Assembly (NCBI RefSeq): GCF_006345805.1
Contig: NC_043018.1
Location: forward strand, 22,754,001-22,818,000
Direction of reading: 5' to 3'
Length of the DNA stretch: 64,000 bases
Source: Octopus sinensis
Taxonomy: Eukaryota
The position numbers and the translations under genes are program-made. Below, piece after piece: positions 37,260 through 48,829 of the stretch (within the stretch, counting starts at the first letter, position 1; each line of letters starts with the position of its first letter). The notes under the pieces were generated by a model. That model was not told the origin of the DNA. It worked only from the letters and a program-made list of their open reading frames with translations, and made no database searches.

Positions 37260-37690
37260 AACTGATCTTAACTGATTGGAAGTGTTACCTTGTACATTGT
37301 TTTGTCTTGGTATAAAAGATGGGCTACAGCAAATATTCTGCTCAATACCACAGATTTGCTTGTCAGTTGTTTGACCTTAACCAGTTGACCACGTCCCTTA
37401 GTGGCTGACGATATGAGCGTTTCTGATCCTGAGCAGAACTAGTGGGGGAGCATCATAGCCATGTGTTGAGAAGGATTCTTTGGGGTTTGAATAATTCGAC
37501 TCTGGAAACATGGGTGTTTCATTCAACATCCTTAAACAATCCTTATTCAGGGACCTTTTTGAGGAGGATGGGTTACTCGACCAGAAGAAAATTCTAACTG
37601 GGCCCCACCTGCAAGGTCTCTTAATATGAGATCACCATGTCGCGCTCAGATGGTTGTGATGTATGTGCCTGGTGTATCCTTATCAAACCC
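37260..37690 (+). repeat. Interspersed repeat, class unknown
   Basis: TACAGCAAATATTCTGCTCAATACCACAGATTTGCTTGTCAG block; partial second copy at 49650-49850. Confidence 0.75.
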
Positions 37691-37823
37691 TAACCCTGCT
37701 CTCACCTGGTACTTGTTTTATTGAACCTGAAGGAACACTGAACTCAGAATGCAAAGACAGAAGAAATGCTGCTAAGCATTTTGCCCGGTGTGCTAACGAT
37801 TCTGCCAGCTCGCTGCCTTAACG

Positions 37824-37862
<39 letters not shown>

Positions 37863-37883
37863 GGTGCACTCAGAGAGTGCAAC

Positions 37884-38203
37884 ACCAACATCCTCTCAAT
37901 GGTTAGCCAGAGATGAGTTTTAAAACATGAATATCTGAAATAAACTTGACCGCTCTCACAGACGAGAATACTAAAAGTGAACCTGACCGCTCTCAAAAAT
38001 TAAGTAAAAAAATAGGAAAAATAATCCAGAATCCTTGTCCGGTACCAAATTGATACCAAAATCTAATCAGTTCGTGCCAGTCACGAGGCCAAACATCCCT
38101 GAAAGTTTCATCCGAATCCATCCAGGTGTTCTTGAGATATCTTGTCCACAGACAAACAAGCAAACACGACTGAAAACAATACCTCCACCTTAGCAAAGGT
38201 GGA
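37884..38203 (+). repeat. Interspersed repeat, second copy of 5003-5305
   Basis: Colinear with 5003-5305. Confidence 0.75.
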
Positions 38204-38214
38204 GGTAATAATGA

Positions 38215-38560
38215 AGCCTGAAGTGTGAAGTGTGAAGTATGGTCTTTGAACTTTGAGCCTCAAAGAGTCAATGATTAGTGAATGAGACCTTTGGTGATTT
38301 TGCTGTGCTTGAGAAGACACATCAAGCCAAGTGAAATCAGTCATGGCTGATGCTGGTGTCACGTAACTGGCACACCTGTGCTAGTGGCACATAAAAGCAC
38401 CCGTTACACTCTTGGTGTGGTCGGCATTAGGAAGGGCACCCAGCCGTAGAAGCCATGCCAAATCAGACTGGATTCTGGTGCTGCCTTCCAGTTGTGCCAA
38501 GCCCTGGTCAAACCGTGCAATACATGCCAGCATGGACAACAGACGTAAATGATGATGATG
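38215..38560 (+). mobile_element. RTE 3' end / family D
   Basis: GTGGCACATAAAAGCACC...CCATGCCAGCATGGACAACAGACGTAAA(TGA)n. Confidence 0.75.
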
Positions 38561-38564
38561 ATGA

Positions 38565-39680
38565 TTTCAAATTTTGGTACAAGGCCAGCAATTTCACGGG
38601 AGGGGATAAGCCAATTGCATTAACCCTCAGTATTCAACTGGTACTTATTCTATTGACCCCCGAAAAGTTAACCTTGGCAGAATTTGAACCCAGAATGTAA
38701 AGACAGAAGAAATGCCACTGAGCATCTTGTCCAGCGTGCTAACGACTCTGCCAGCTCACTGTCTTAATAATAATAATAATCTTTTCTACTCTAGGCACAA
38801 GGTCTGAAATTTGGGGGAGGGGGTAAAACAATTACCTCAACCCCCAGTACTCAACTGGTACTTAATTTATCAACCCCAAAAGGATGAAAGGCTAAGTCGA
38901 CCTTGGCAGAATTAGAACCCAGATCATGGCGACAGGCAAAATACCGCAAAGCATTTCATCGAACATGTTAATGATTCTGCCAGCTTGCTACCTTCTTAAT
39001 AATAATAATAATAATCCTTTCTCCTTGAGGCACAAGGCCTCAAATTTGGTGGGAGGGGACCAGTCGATTATATTGACCCTAGTATTTCACTGGTACTTGT
39101 TTTATCGACCCCGAAAGGACGAAAGGCAAAATCGACCTCGGTGGAATTTGAACTCAGAACATAAGGATGGGTGAAATACCGCTAAGCAATTAATTCATCC
39201 AGCTTGCTAACGATTCTGCCATCTCGCCACCTTAACAATAACAACAACAATAATGGTTTGAAATTTTGCCACAGGGGCAGTAATTCTGGGGGAGGTGGGG
39301 ATGAGTTGATTAGATTGACCCCAGAGTGCAACTGGTACTTATTTTATCAACCGCCAGAAGGGTGAAAGGCAAAATCGGCCTCAGCTGAATTTGAACTCAG
39401 AACGGAGTGAGAAGTGAAATACCTATTTCTTATTTCTTTACTACCCACAAGGGGCTAAACACAGAGGGGACAAACAAGGACAGACAAACGGATTAAGTTG
39501 ATTATATCGACCCCAGTGTGTAACTGGTACTTACTTAATCGACCCCAAAAGGATGAAAGGCAAAGTCGACCTCGGCGGAATTTGAACTCAGAACGTAGCG
39601 GCAGACGAAATACGGCTACGCATTTCGCCCAGCGTGCTAACGTTTCTGCCAACTCACCGACTTAACAATAACAACAATAA
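38565..39680 (-). mobile_element. Stack of five head-to-tail SINE family C copies separated by (TAA)n
   Basis: Copies at about 38570-38765, 38780-38995, 39015-39235, 39255-39410 and 39420-39665, each with the GAATTTGAACTCAGAA core. Confidence 0.88.
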
Positions 39681-40417
39681 TAATAAATATAAACAATAAT
39701 AAAAACTATACTTTGTAAAAATTATTTTCTTATGCTTTATTTTTTTTTTTATTTTTCATTTCATTTTTAAAGATTTAAATTATTCACTTCAATCACTGCT
39801 ACAATGTTTTGCGAATATTTCTTTTTTTTTCGTGTATTTTACATTAAAAGTTTATATTTACTTTTTTGTTTTGTTTTTGTTTGTTTGTTTTTTTTTTTAC
39901 ATATCTTTTTTGTTGTTGTTAAAAGCGAAAAGTGAGGAGAGGTAAGAGTCAGGTGGGGGAAGAAAAAAAAAATTAGGAAAAAAAAAAAAGATTTTGCTAA
40001 AATCCCAATTTGTGTTAAGATAAAACTCTGGTATTCCAGCTGAAGGCCACTTTAACGAGATGATTTTTTTTTTGTTTTTATTTTTTTTTTTTTGTTTTAA
40101 ATCAAAGTAAATGAAATTTGAGGTAAAGGGTGTAGTTAGGTGGAGTGAGTTTCAAAGAAAGGGTTTCATTCAGTGTAGTGTTTTATATATATATATATAT
40201 ATATATATCTTAGTTTTTACTTAGTTATTTTTTGGGGCTTTTTGTGTGTGTGTGTGTGTGTGTTTTTTATAAATTCTTTGGTGCAGTTGAACATTTTTAT
40301 GTTCATTTTTTTTTTTTTTGTCTTTAATTCCAGATCAGATATTTTAAAAATCAATTCAGATAAATTACATAAATATATTTAAGACACACATGCATGCATA
40401 TATATATATATATATAT

Positions 40418-40588
40418 AATTCATAAATGAGGGCAAAAGAAAAAAATTCTAATGCCAAATTTGCCGAAATATTGGACATATTGTCCATTAACCATATAAT
40501 TTAAAATTATATGGTTAATGGACAATATGTCCAATTTTTCGGCATATTTGGCATTAGAATTTTTTTCCTTTGCCCTCATTTATGAATT
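40418..40588. repeat. Near-perfect palindrome (~84-bp arms, almost no spacer)
   Basis: AATTCATAAATGAGGGCAAA...CCATTAACCATATAATT mirrored by AATTATATGGTTAATGG...TTTGCCCTCATTTATGAATT; centre about 40503. Confidence 0.93.
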
Positions 40589-41189
40589 GTTTATAAATTT
40601 AACCGTTAAAGGTATTTTTTAATATGCTGGCCATTGATAAAGTTCTTTTCGAGAAAATATTTTTTTTTTTTTTCGAAAAGAATTTTATCCTCACATTTGA
40701 TATATATATATATATATTATACACACACACACACTCACATGTATATGTACATACACACTCATATACATAGGCATATGCATGTACATGTATATATGTTATG
40801 TTTGGATGTATATATACAGATACATAATATACACACAGACACACAAAATATCAATCAGTTTCTATTTATTAAAAATGCAATTAATTAATTAAAAACACTA
40901 CGACAATATCTTCAATGGAAAATGGAAGTGACATTTTCTGTTGTTCTGCCAAGTTGTATCTCCTACACACTAGAGACACCGTCACCATTTCATTCTCAAA
41001 CTCTCTCAATATACTACCAACAGACACCTCTATTCATACGAGCAGACCATTCCTTGGATGCAGATAGATACGCCCCACCCCACCCACTCCCCATCCCCCC
41101 AACTCTTATAGTCATGACATTCACATGTCTTTGAATTAAGATTTCATGCATTTGGAGAGAGAGAGAAAGTGAGAGAGAGTGAGTTGAGG

Positions 41190-41350
41190 TCATTTGCGTA
41201 AATATGGCATCAGGAAGGGCATCCAGCTGTAGAAACATTGCCGGATAAGACTGGAGCCTGGTGCAGCCTTCTGGCTTCCCAGATCCCCGGTCGAACCGTC
41301 CAACCCATGCTAGCATGGAGAACGGACGTTACACGATGATGATGATGATG
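41190..41350 (+). mobile_element. RTE 3' UTR fragment (family D)
   Basis: GGAAGGGCATCCAGCTGTAGAAAC...CCCATGCTAGCATGGAGAACGGACGTT then (GAT)n. Confidence 0.82.
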
Positions 41351-42971
41351 GCCCTTGATCCATATAAGAAGCGATTCCCTGGTTCATTCATACCATGCCG
41401 TTCCATACACAGAGGCTTATACAGAAACACAATCACTAACACAGTCACAATACACACAAACACACACACCCCTGGCATCTCAAAAGTAAATAGACACCCA
41501 CCCTCCCCATATCATTTCATTGGCGCTGACTCTACTTGGTGCTTCAAACTCGTTAACATATTATCATTTTTCATTTCAGAATACAGTATATTGATCGCTT
41601 ATAGGAACTGGCCATGCTGCAAATATCAGACCAAAAGAGACAAATGATTTTCAAAGAGGGTAGTTTGTGGGTCAGTCTGAAGACAGACTTAACCAAAGCA
41701 TTGGGATTCTTCTCTTGCCACCACAGTCAACAGAGTGATTGTACAGTTCACCAGCAAAGGGAAGGCCGACTTGGGCCCTCTGACAGACATCTTAGCAGAT
41801 TTTTTTTTAAATAATCCCTGTTGTAAGGCAGCTGATGTTGCAGGATAACTTTAAATGAGTCAGAATACTTCTGTGATGTTATCTCCATTGATTTGGCTAT
41901 TGTGGCAGAGCGGTTGGAAGGAAACCTCTTCTTTGACCAACAAATATCCCAAAAAGAAGGGAGAAATAAAGCTCTCGAAAACGATGGGGTCTGTTTACAT
42001 TTCAGATGTCTTGGTGTGTGTATATACGTATATATATATATGTTTTTGTGTATGTATGTATATATATGTATATATATATGTGTATATACATATATGTATA
42101 TATATGTGTATATACATATATATATATGTATATGCATATATATATATGTATATGTATATGCATATATATGTATATATATATATATATATATATAAAAATA
42201 TATATACACACATATATATGTATGTATGCATGCATGCATATTTATCATACATATGCACACACAAACACAAATGCATATAACATTCCCCAGCATTGTCATT
42301 AATATTTCTATTGAACTTTCTCACACAAATTGTAGATACATATAAATATAATATAATGTGCATTTGACCTACTTGTGACACAATGTGTGATTATGAAAAC
42401 TCACTTTTTCAGTCACTATTTCAAGTCTAATGAAATACCAACAGATGATACAACATACATTCAGTTGATAGAACTGATGAGTACCAGCAATAGCTTGTGA
42501 GTTAACTCTCTAATGGACTAACATCCTCGCCAAGCGTTAGTGTCGTAGTCCTGGTTGCTTATGTGAGGATCTTGGAATAAAGTTTGGCCCAATGGCCTGT
42601 TGTCCAAAGACAGACCTATACTGTTCTAACTTTACAATACATATCTATATATATATATACACACACACACATACATAAATGCATACATAGATACATATCC
42701 ATACATACGCTACACTGTAACTAAGCATATATATCTTTCAATTATACATAATCTTCAATATAATGTGTGACCTACATTATCCCCTGAGAGGGTATGAAAA
42801 ACCTTCAAACACAAATGTGTGCGTGTGTGAAATATACATACACACACACACATATATATACACATGCATATTCATGCATACACCTACATAAATACGTATA
42901 CATACATATACACACACGTATATACATCTATACATATATATATATATACATACATTGTATGTATATATACC

Positions 42972-43002
<31 letters not shown>

Positions 43003-43253
43003 TCACACATAAATATATATACAAATATGTATGTACACACTCATATACTTCTACACACACACACACACACATGCTTAAAGATGAGAATGTGCTATTTCTT
43101 GGAATTTAGAAAAAGAAAAAGAAAAGAAAAACAAAAGAAAGAATTCTAGAATCTGAGAAGGAAAGTTAGGTGAGATACGGAATCATAAGGAGTTGCGATG
43201 TTCATTATAATTTTTTTTTCCTTTAAGGAGAAGGGAATGGGGAATGAAGAACT

Positions 43254-43399
43254 TTATTTCGTTGAGTGTTCTTGAACTAAATCTTCTTGCAGCTGAGACT
43301 TCATTTGTTGCACCAGGGACGGATTCTGCAGAATATCAACGGCCGTGAGTGCAATACATTCGGCAATTTTCAGTGTGATTTCTTGAGCATCAGGGCTTC
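43254..43399 (-). CDS. PM20D2: Peptidase M20 domain-containing protein 2-like, terminal exon
   Basis: AG acceptor at 43401-43400 after an (ATT)n tract; phase 1 matches the upstream exon; (G)SPDAQEITLKIAECIALTAVDILQNPSLVQQMKSQLQEDLVQEHSTK* with TAA at 43256-43254. Confidence 0.9.
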
Positions 43400-43601
43400 C
43401 TGTAGAAATAATAATAATAATAATAATAATAACAATAATAATAATAACAATAATAATAATAACAATAATAATAACAACAACAATAATAATTAGAAAATTA
43501 CTGTTTGTAAATCTCACAACGAGAGATATTCAGCAACAGTACTTTGTAGTAAAGATTATTTGCCAACATAACATGGCAGTCCTGGTTTAGGATGAATGTT
43601 G

Positions 43602-43757
43602 CTGTAATTCAGCCCCTGAATATTGATACTCTCCTTCAATGTTCAATTCTTTATGATATATTTTAGCTTGTTTCATGACTAACAAACCATCCAGTGGTAT
43701 GTGTTCCCTTCTTTAGGGTTGAATTCATTCTATCATCAGGCATTCAAGATCTTCATT
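43602..43757 (-). mobile_element. Tigger/pogo (jerky-like) transposase HTH remnant
   Basis: Minus: NEDLECLMIE*IQP*RREHIPLDGLLVMKQAKIYHKELNIEGEYQYSG, resembling the CENP-B-type HTH of Tigger/jerky transposases; two stops. Confidence 0.75.
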
Positions 43758-43782
43758 ATTACTTGATGTAATTTCATTTTGG

Positions 43783-44073
43783 GATTTGGTTTGCAAGATT
43801 CTTTATGTGAGTTTGCGTGTTGAAACATATTCTGTTGTGTCTGTGGAGAATCATTCTCTTTTCGTGCCTTATAATTTAACACACTCACCGGTAAAATTTC
43901 CACTTATTTCTTCTTTTTATTTTTCTAAAATTTTCGTTGTGTCACGTCTTGCAACTTTTTCAAGACACAACAAAAATTTTAGAAAACTAAAAAGAAGAAA
44001 TAAGTGGAAATTTTACCAGTGAGTGTGTTAAATTATAAGGCACCAAAAGAGAATGACTCTCTCCAGACACAAC
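43783..44073. mobile_element. Fold-back repeat with ~110-bp arms, possibly Penelope-derived
   Basis: 43834-43944 vs 43965-44073 are near-perfect reverse complements; same family as 28418-28743. Confidence 0.75.
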
Positions 44074-44441
44074 GGTTGATATAATGCTTTCCTATTTTTC
44101 ATTAGTTCGTGATCAGCACTCTCACTATAAAACCAGTAATTGGTCTTTCAGTTTCTTGAAGTTATACACAGTGCATAGACACACCACAATCAAGTTTCTG
44201 TAGTACTAGGCTTACATAGAATAAGTCCTGGGGTTGATTAGTTCGACAAAAGGCGGTGCTCCAGCATGGCCACAGTCAAATGACCGAAACAAGTAAAAGA
44301 ATACGTTGAGTATGTAAAGAACCACAACTAATACTACAAAGCAATTTTCCCCATGCTCTAATGATTTTCTCAATTAATACCCCCTAAAAAATAATCCCTT
44401 CTATTATAGGCACAACGCCAGGGGTTAGTTGATTACATTAA

Positions 44442-44660
44442 CCCTTTAGTATTTAAACCGGCCATATCCGGCCAAAATATTTAATCTGTTTTATGTTCAA
44501 ACTGACCAGATCCAGGCTTTCACACCTACCCTACAATGTTATTCTACATTAGGTAATTACACCATCAAGATCTTGAAGATATGAGATAATGCATGATTAA
44601 TTCAAATCAATGGGAATCAATAAGCATTATGTTTGATAGAATAATCTGAACACTAAAGGG
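44442..44660 (+). mobile_element. piggyBac-like MITE (219 bp)
   Basis: TTAA|CCCTTTAG...CTAAAGGG|TTAA; inserted into a degraded family C SINE. Confidence 0.9.
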
Positions 44661-45009
44661 TTAAGCATACTGCTTAACATTAACTGGTACTTAATGTTAC
44701 TGACCCTGAAAGGACAAAAGATAAAGTCAACTTTGGCTGTATTTGAACTCAAAGGCATTTTGTCCGATTTGCTAACCGTTCTGCCAACTTCAGCAAAATG
44801 ATAACCAAAAGTTGACAGAAAGATTGAGAGAATAAAAAGCTGACAACGTTTTAAGTCACATGATCCAGAACTTCAATCCTGGTGGTGAATAATCTGTACA
44901 AGGTTTACAGCAAGAGTCAAGGCAAAAGAAGTTCATGACAAGGGAGATAAATGTTGAAGAGACAACTACCTTGGTTGAAAAGAAAGATAATAATAACTAT
45001 AATAATCCT

Positions 45010-45450
45010 GTCTACTGGAAGCACAAGGCCTCAAATTTTGGGGAAGAGATTAAGTCAATTACATCGACCCCAGTGTGTAACTGGTACTTATTTAACCCTT
45101 TAGTGTTCAGATTATTCTATCAAACATAATGTTTATTGATTCCCATTGATTTGAATTAATCATGCATTATCTCATATCTTCAAGATCTTGATGGTGTAAT
45201 TACTTAATGTAGAATAACATTGTAGGGTAGGTGTGAGGGCCTGGATCTGGTCAGTTTGAACATAAAACAGATTAACTATTTTGGCCGGATATGGCCGGTT
45301 TAAATACTAAAGGGTTAATTGACCCCCAAGAGGATGAAAGGCAATGTCGACCTCAGTGGAATTTGAACTCAGAATGCAACAGTAGACGAAATTCTGCTAA
45401 GCATTTTGCCCGGTGTGCTAACGATTCTGCCAGCTCGTCACCTTGATAAC
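45010..45450 (-). mobile_element. SINE family C interrupted by a piggyBac-like MITE
   Basis: SINE sequence resumes in register at TTGACCCCC after 45318. Confidence 0.82.
45096..45314 (-). mobile_element. piggyBac-like MITE (219 bp), inverted near-identical copy
   Basis: TTAA TSD at 45092-45095 and 45315-45318; reverse complement of 44442-44660 with about 5 substitutions. Confidence 0.9.
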
Positions 45451-45451
45451 G

Positions 45452-46078
45452 ATAATGAAATTATTGTGCATAGTGCTCAGGTGCACTACAACTCATCAAA
45501 GGTGCGTGTACAGTACATAGAATTATGTACAAAAGTCAGGGAAGTGAACAATATATGAGCCATGTATGTATACATGCATATGGAGGGGGCGTATAAGATG
45601 TAGTGTTGGCAAATTTCAGGAAGCATGGCGGTTTTAAAGGATGCAATGTCTCAGCAACTAACAAGTGATGCAGGTAGTTTGTTCCATGCTTCAGCAACTC
45701 TGAGTATGAAAAAATGTTTCTGAAAGTCACAGAAGCTGTGCTGTTTTCTGACATTGCAGCCATGCCCACATGTGTTAGACACATGGAGCACAAAAAGGTG
45801 TTCAAGGTGGTTGTTGGCGCGATGGTTGATAATTTTGTGGGTGTTTACCAAATCAGTTGCCAGACGTCGGAGCTTCAATGTATCTATGTTCAGGGAAGCA
45901 AGGTGTTCAGAGCATGGTAGATGCCCAATGGAGGGTATTCACTTGGTTGCATATGTCTCTGAACAGTGTCCTGAGCAAGACGAGGGTTCCAGACTGGTGA
46001 GGTAAATTCCACCATAGCCATATACAGCCTTAAATAAATAGCTGGAGAACGGCTGACAAAAGTCTTGGGAAATAGCAT
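45452..46078 (-). mobile_element. CR1-type LINE ORF2 C-terminus and 3' UTR
   Basis: KTFVSRSPAIYLRLYMAMV-EFTSPVWNPRLAQD...KLRRLATDLVNTHKIINH...KHFFILRVAEAWNKLPASLVSC; frameshifted. Confidence 0.88.
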
Positions 46079-46276
46079 CCCCCTCTCTCTCTTTCGGAGA
46101 GGCACAAGCACCTACATGCACATATACACACACGGCAGTAACTTCCACCTGCCGAATTCAATCACAAAGCTTCGGTCGACTCGGGGCTATAGGGGAAGAC
46201 ACCTACCCAAAGTGCCACACAGTGGGACTGAACCCGAAACCATGTAGCTAGGAAGCAAGCTCCCTAACCACACAGC
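46079..46276 (-). mobile_element. Diverged SINE family A head; left arm of an inverted pair
   Basis: Reverse complement of 47569-47769. Confidence 0.85.
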
Positions 46277-46318
46277 ATCAAAAGCTTGAAATAGAGTGTC
46301 AACTACAGCTTGTTAAAA

Positions 46319-46670
46319 CCCTTCTGCATTTAAACTAGCCATATCTGGCCAAAATATTTTACCTGTTTTATGTTCAAACTAGCTAGATCTGGTTTTTCAC
46401 ACCAACCCTACAATGTCGCTCTAAAAAATTAACAGCAACCTCATTAAAATCTCAAAGCTACGAGATAATGTGTAGTTAATTCCAAATAATATGAATAAAT
46501 AAGCAAGGGTATCCAGCTGTAGAAACTCTGCCAGACCAGATTGAGTCTGGTGCAGCCTCCATGGCTCACCAGTCCTCAGTCAAACCGTCCAACCCATGTC
46601 AGCATGGAAAGCAGACATTAAACAATGATGATGATGATAGATTTGACAGAATAATCTGAATGCTAAAGGG
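46319..46670 (+). mobile_element. Older piggyBac-like MITE copy split by an RTE 3' tail (about 46506-46638)
   Basis: Colinear with 44442-44660; ends CTAAAGGG|TTAA; the insert ends in (TGA)n. Confidence 0.78.
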
Positions 46671-46699
46671 TTAAAGAAAAAGCATGAAGGAAAGAAAGA

Positions 46700-47092
46700 G
46701 GTGTGACCATGTGGTAAGAAGCTTTCTTCCCAACCACATGGTTCTGGGTTCAGTCCCACTGCATGGCACTTTGGGCAGATGTCTTCTACTATAGCCTTGG
46801 GCTACAGTAGAGTGGATTTCATAGACAGGAACTGAAAGAAGCCTGTTGTGTATACGTATGTATATATGTAAGTATGTGTGTCTTTGTGTCTGTGTTTGTC
46901 TCCTCATCATGGCTTGATAACTAGTGTTGGTGTGTTTACATCCGTGTAGCTTAGTGGTTTGGCAAAAAAGACGGATAAAATAAGTACAATGCTTTAAAAA
47001 AAAAGTCCGGCGGGGGGCAATCTGTTCGACTAAAACCCTTCGAGGTGGTGCCCCAGCATGGCAGCAATCATTTGACCGAAACAAGTAAAAGA
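46700..47092 (+). mobile_element. SINE family A variant
   Basis: Head GTGGTAAGAAGCTTTCTTCCCAACCACATGG; tail GACCGAAACAAGTAAAAGA. Confidence 0.82.
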
Positions 47093-47290
47093 CAAAGGAG
47101 AATACAAAGCGAAGAAGGAGGAAACAAGAGAAACGAATGTTGTGATTAATGAAAGGAACGCAATGAGAAACAGCAAAAGGTAGATAGGATGAAATGATTT
47201 TAGGAATAAAATGGACCGGTTCCACGAAAACAGGGCATTGTAAAATAATCAGAAAGAGATTTTTTTTGAAAAAAAACTGGAGGAAGCAGA

Positions 47291-47519
47291 CAGATGTAAA
47301 AGTGAAGTACCAGATGTAAAAGTGATGTACCAGATGTAAAAGTGATGTACCAGATGTAAAAGTGATGTACCAGATGTAAAAGTGAAGTACCAGATGTAAA
47401 AGTGAAGTACCAGATGTAAAAGTGATGTACCAGATGTAAAAGTGATGTACCAGATGTAAAAGTGATGTACCAGATGTAAAAGTGAAGTACCAGATGTAAA
47501 AGTGAAGTACCAGATGTAA
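47291..47519. repeat. 20-bp minisatellite CAGATGTAAAAGTGA(A/T)GTAC, ~11.5 units
   Basis: Exact 20-bp period with a single variable site. Confidence 0.97.
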
Positions 47520-47568
47520 TGAAAAGCAGAAAGATTTGAGTGATAAATGGAGCAAGAAAGATGGCATG

Positions 47569-47769
47569 GCTGTGTGGTTAGGGAGCTTGCTTCCTAGCTA
47601 CATGGTTTCGGGTTCAGTCCCACTGCATGGCACTTTGGGTAGGTGTCTTCCCCTATAGCCCCGAGTCGACCGAAGCTTTGTGATTGAATTTGGCAGGCGG
47701 AAGTTACTGCCGTGTGTGTATGTGTGCGTATAGCTGCTCAGTGCCTCTCCGAAAGAGAGAGAGAGGGGG
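47569..47769 (+). mobile_element. Diverged SINE family A head; right arm of an inverted pair
   Basis: Near-identical reverse complement of 46079-46276, including the non-SINE flank. Confidence 0.85.
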
Positions 47770-48347
47770 GTTGGTTGGAAGAAAGAGTAGATTGTCTTGT
47801 TGTAAATGGCAGATGAGAGTTGTTCTGCAACTTCTTGGTGAACAACCAACATGCACAGATGATCTGTTTATGGTAACTGAATGGTTGTACTGCACGTTAT
47901 CTCACCTCTTCCATCAAACTGACACCTGTGCGTACGGGTGCACGGCGTGCCACTCGTCAGATGTCGAAACGACTGGAGAGAAACATGAAATGAAGTGTTT
48001 TGCTGAAGAAGGCAACACACCACCTACCTAGAGCAGGATTCGAAACCACAGTCATGTTGATCATGAGTTCGATACAGTAACCAGTAGGAAACATGAGTTC
48101 ACAAGATAGAAGAAGCAGGTAATGAAATAAAAAGAGTAAAACTGACATAGCAATTGCTCTAGAACTCATAGAGAACAAAAAGGGTTATGGAACTAGAAGT
48201 TACCTGGGTCAGACAGACTACAAGATTCCTGGCTAAAAAACATTAATACACTCAGGTAAGTGTCAAGTTATCCAGATGAGTGATTTGGAATTGAAGTATC
48301 CTGAAATGGATGACTAACAATAAGACAACTTTTATTATGAAAGACAA

Positions 48348-48761
48348 GCAGGAGTGGCTGTGTGGTAAGTAGCTTGCTAACCAACCACATGGTTCCGGGT
48401 TCAGTCCCACTGCGTGGCATCTTGGGCAAGTGTCTTCTGCTATAGCCCCGGGCCGACCAATGCCTTGTGAGTGGATTTGGTAGACGGAAACTGAAAGAAG
48501 CCTGTCATATATATGTATATATATATATGTGTGTGTGTGTGGGAGGGGGGTTGTGTGTCTGTATTTGTCCCCCTAGCATTGCTTGACAACCGATGCTGGT
48601 GTGTTTACGTCCTCGTCACTTAGCGGTTCGGCAAAAAGAGACCGATAGAATAAGTACTGGGCTTACAAAGAATAAGTCCTGGGGTCGATTTGCTCGACTA
48701 AAGGTGGTGCTCCAGCATGGCCGCAGTCAAATGACTGAAACAAGTAAAAGAGTAAAGAGTA
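48348..48761 (+). mobile_element. SINE family A, full length
   Basis: Near-identical to 34767-35184. Confidence 0.93.
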
Positions 48762-48829
48762 ACCCTGCTGTAGTTTGAGGCTTCAACACCTGATAACTTG
48801 TTTGACATTAGTATGGAGGCTATACTTTT

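Noticed and set aside
42470-42510. CTGATGAG as a possible hammerhead start
   Set aside because: No closing stem II or GAAA.
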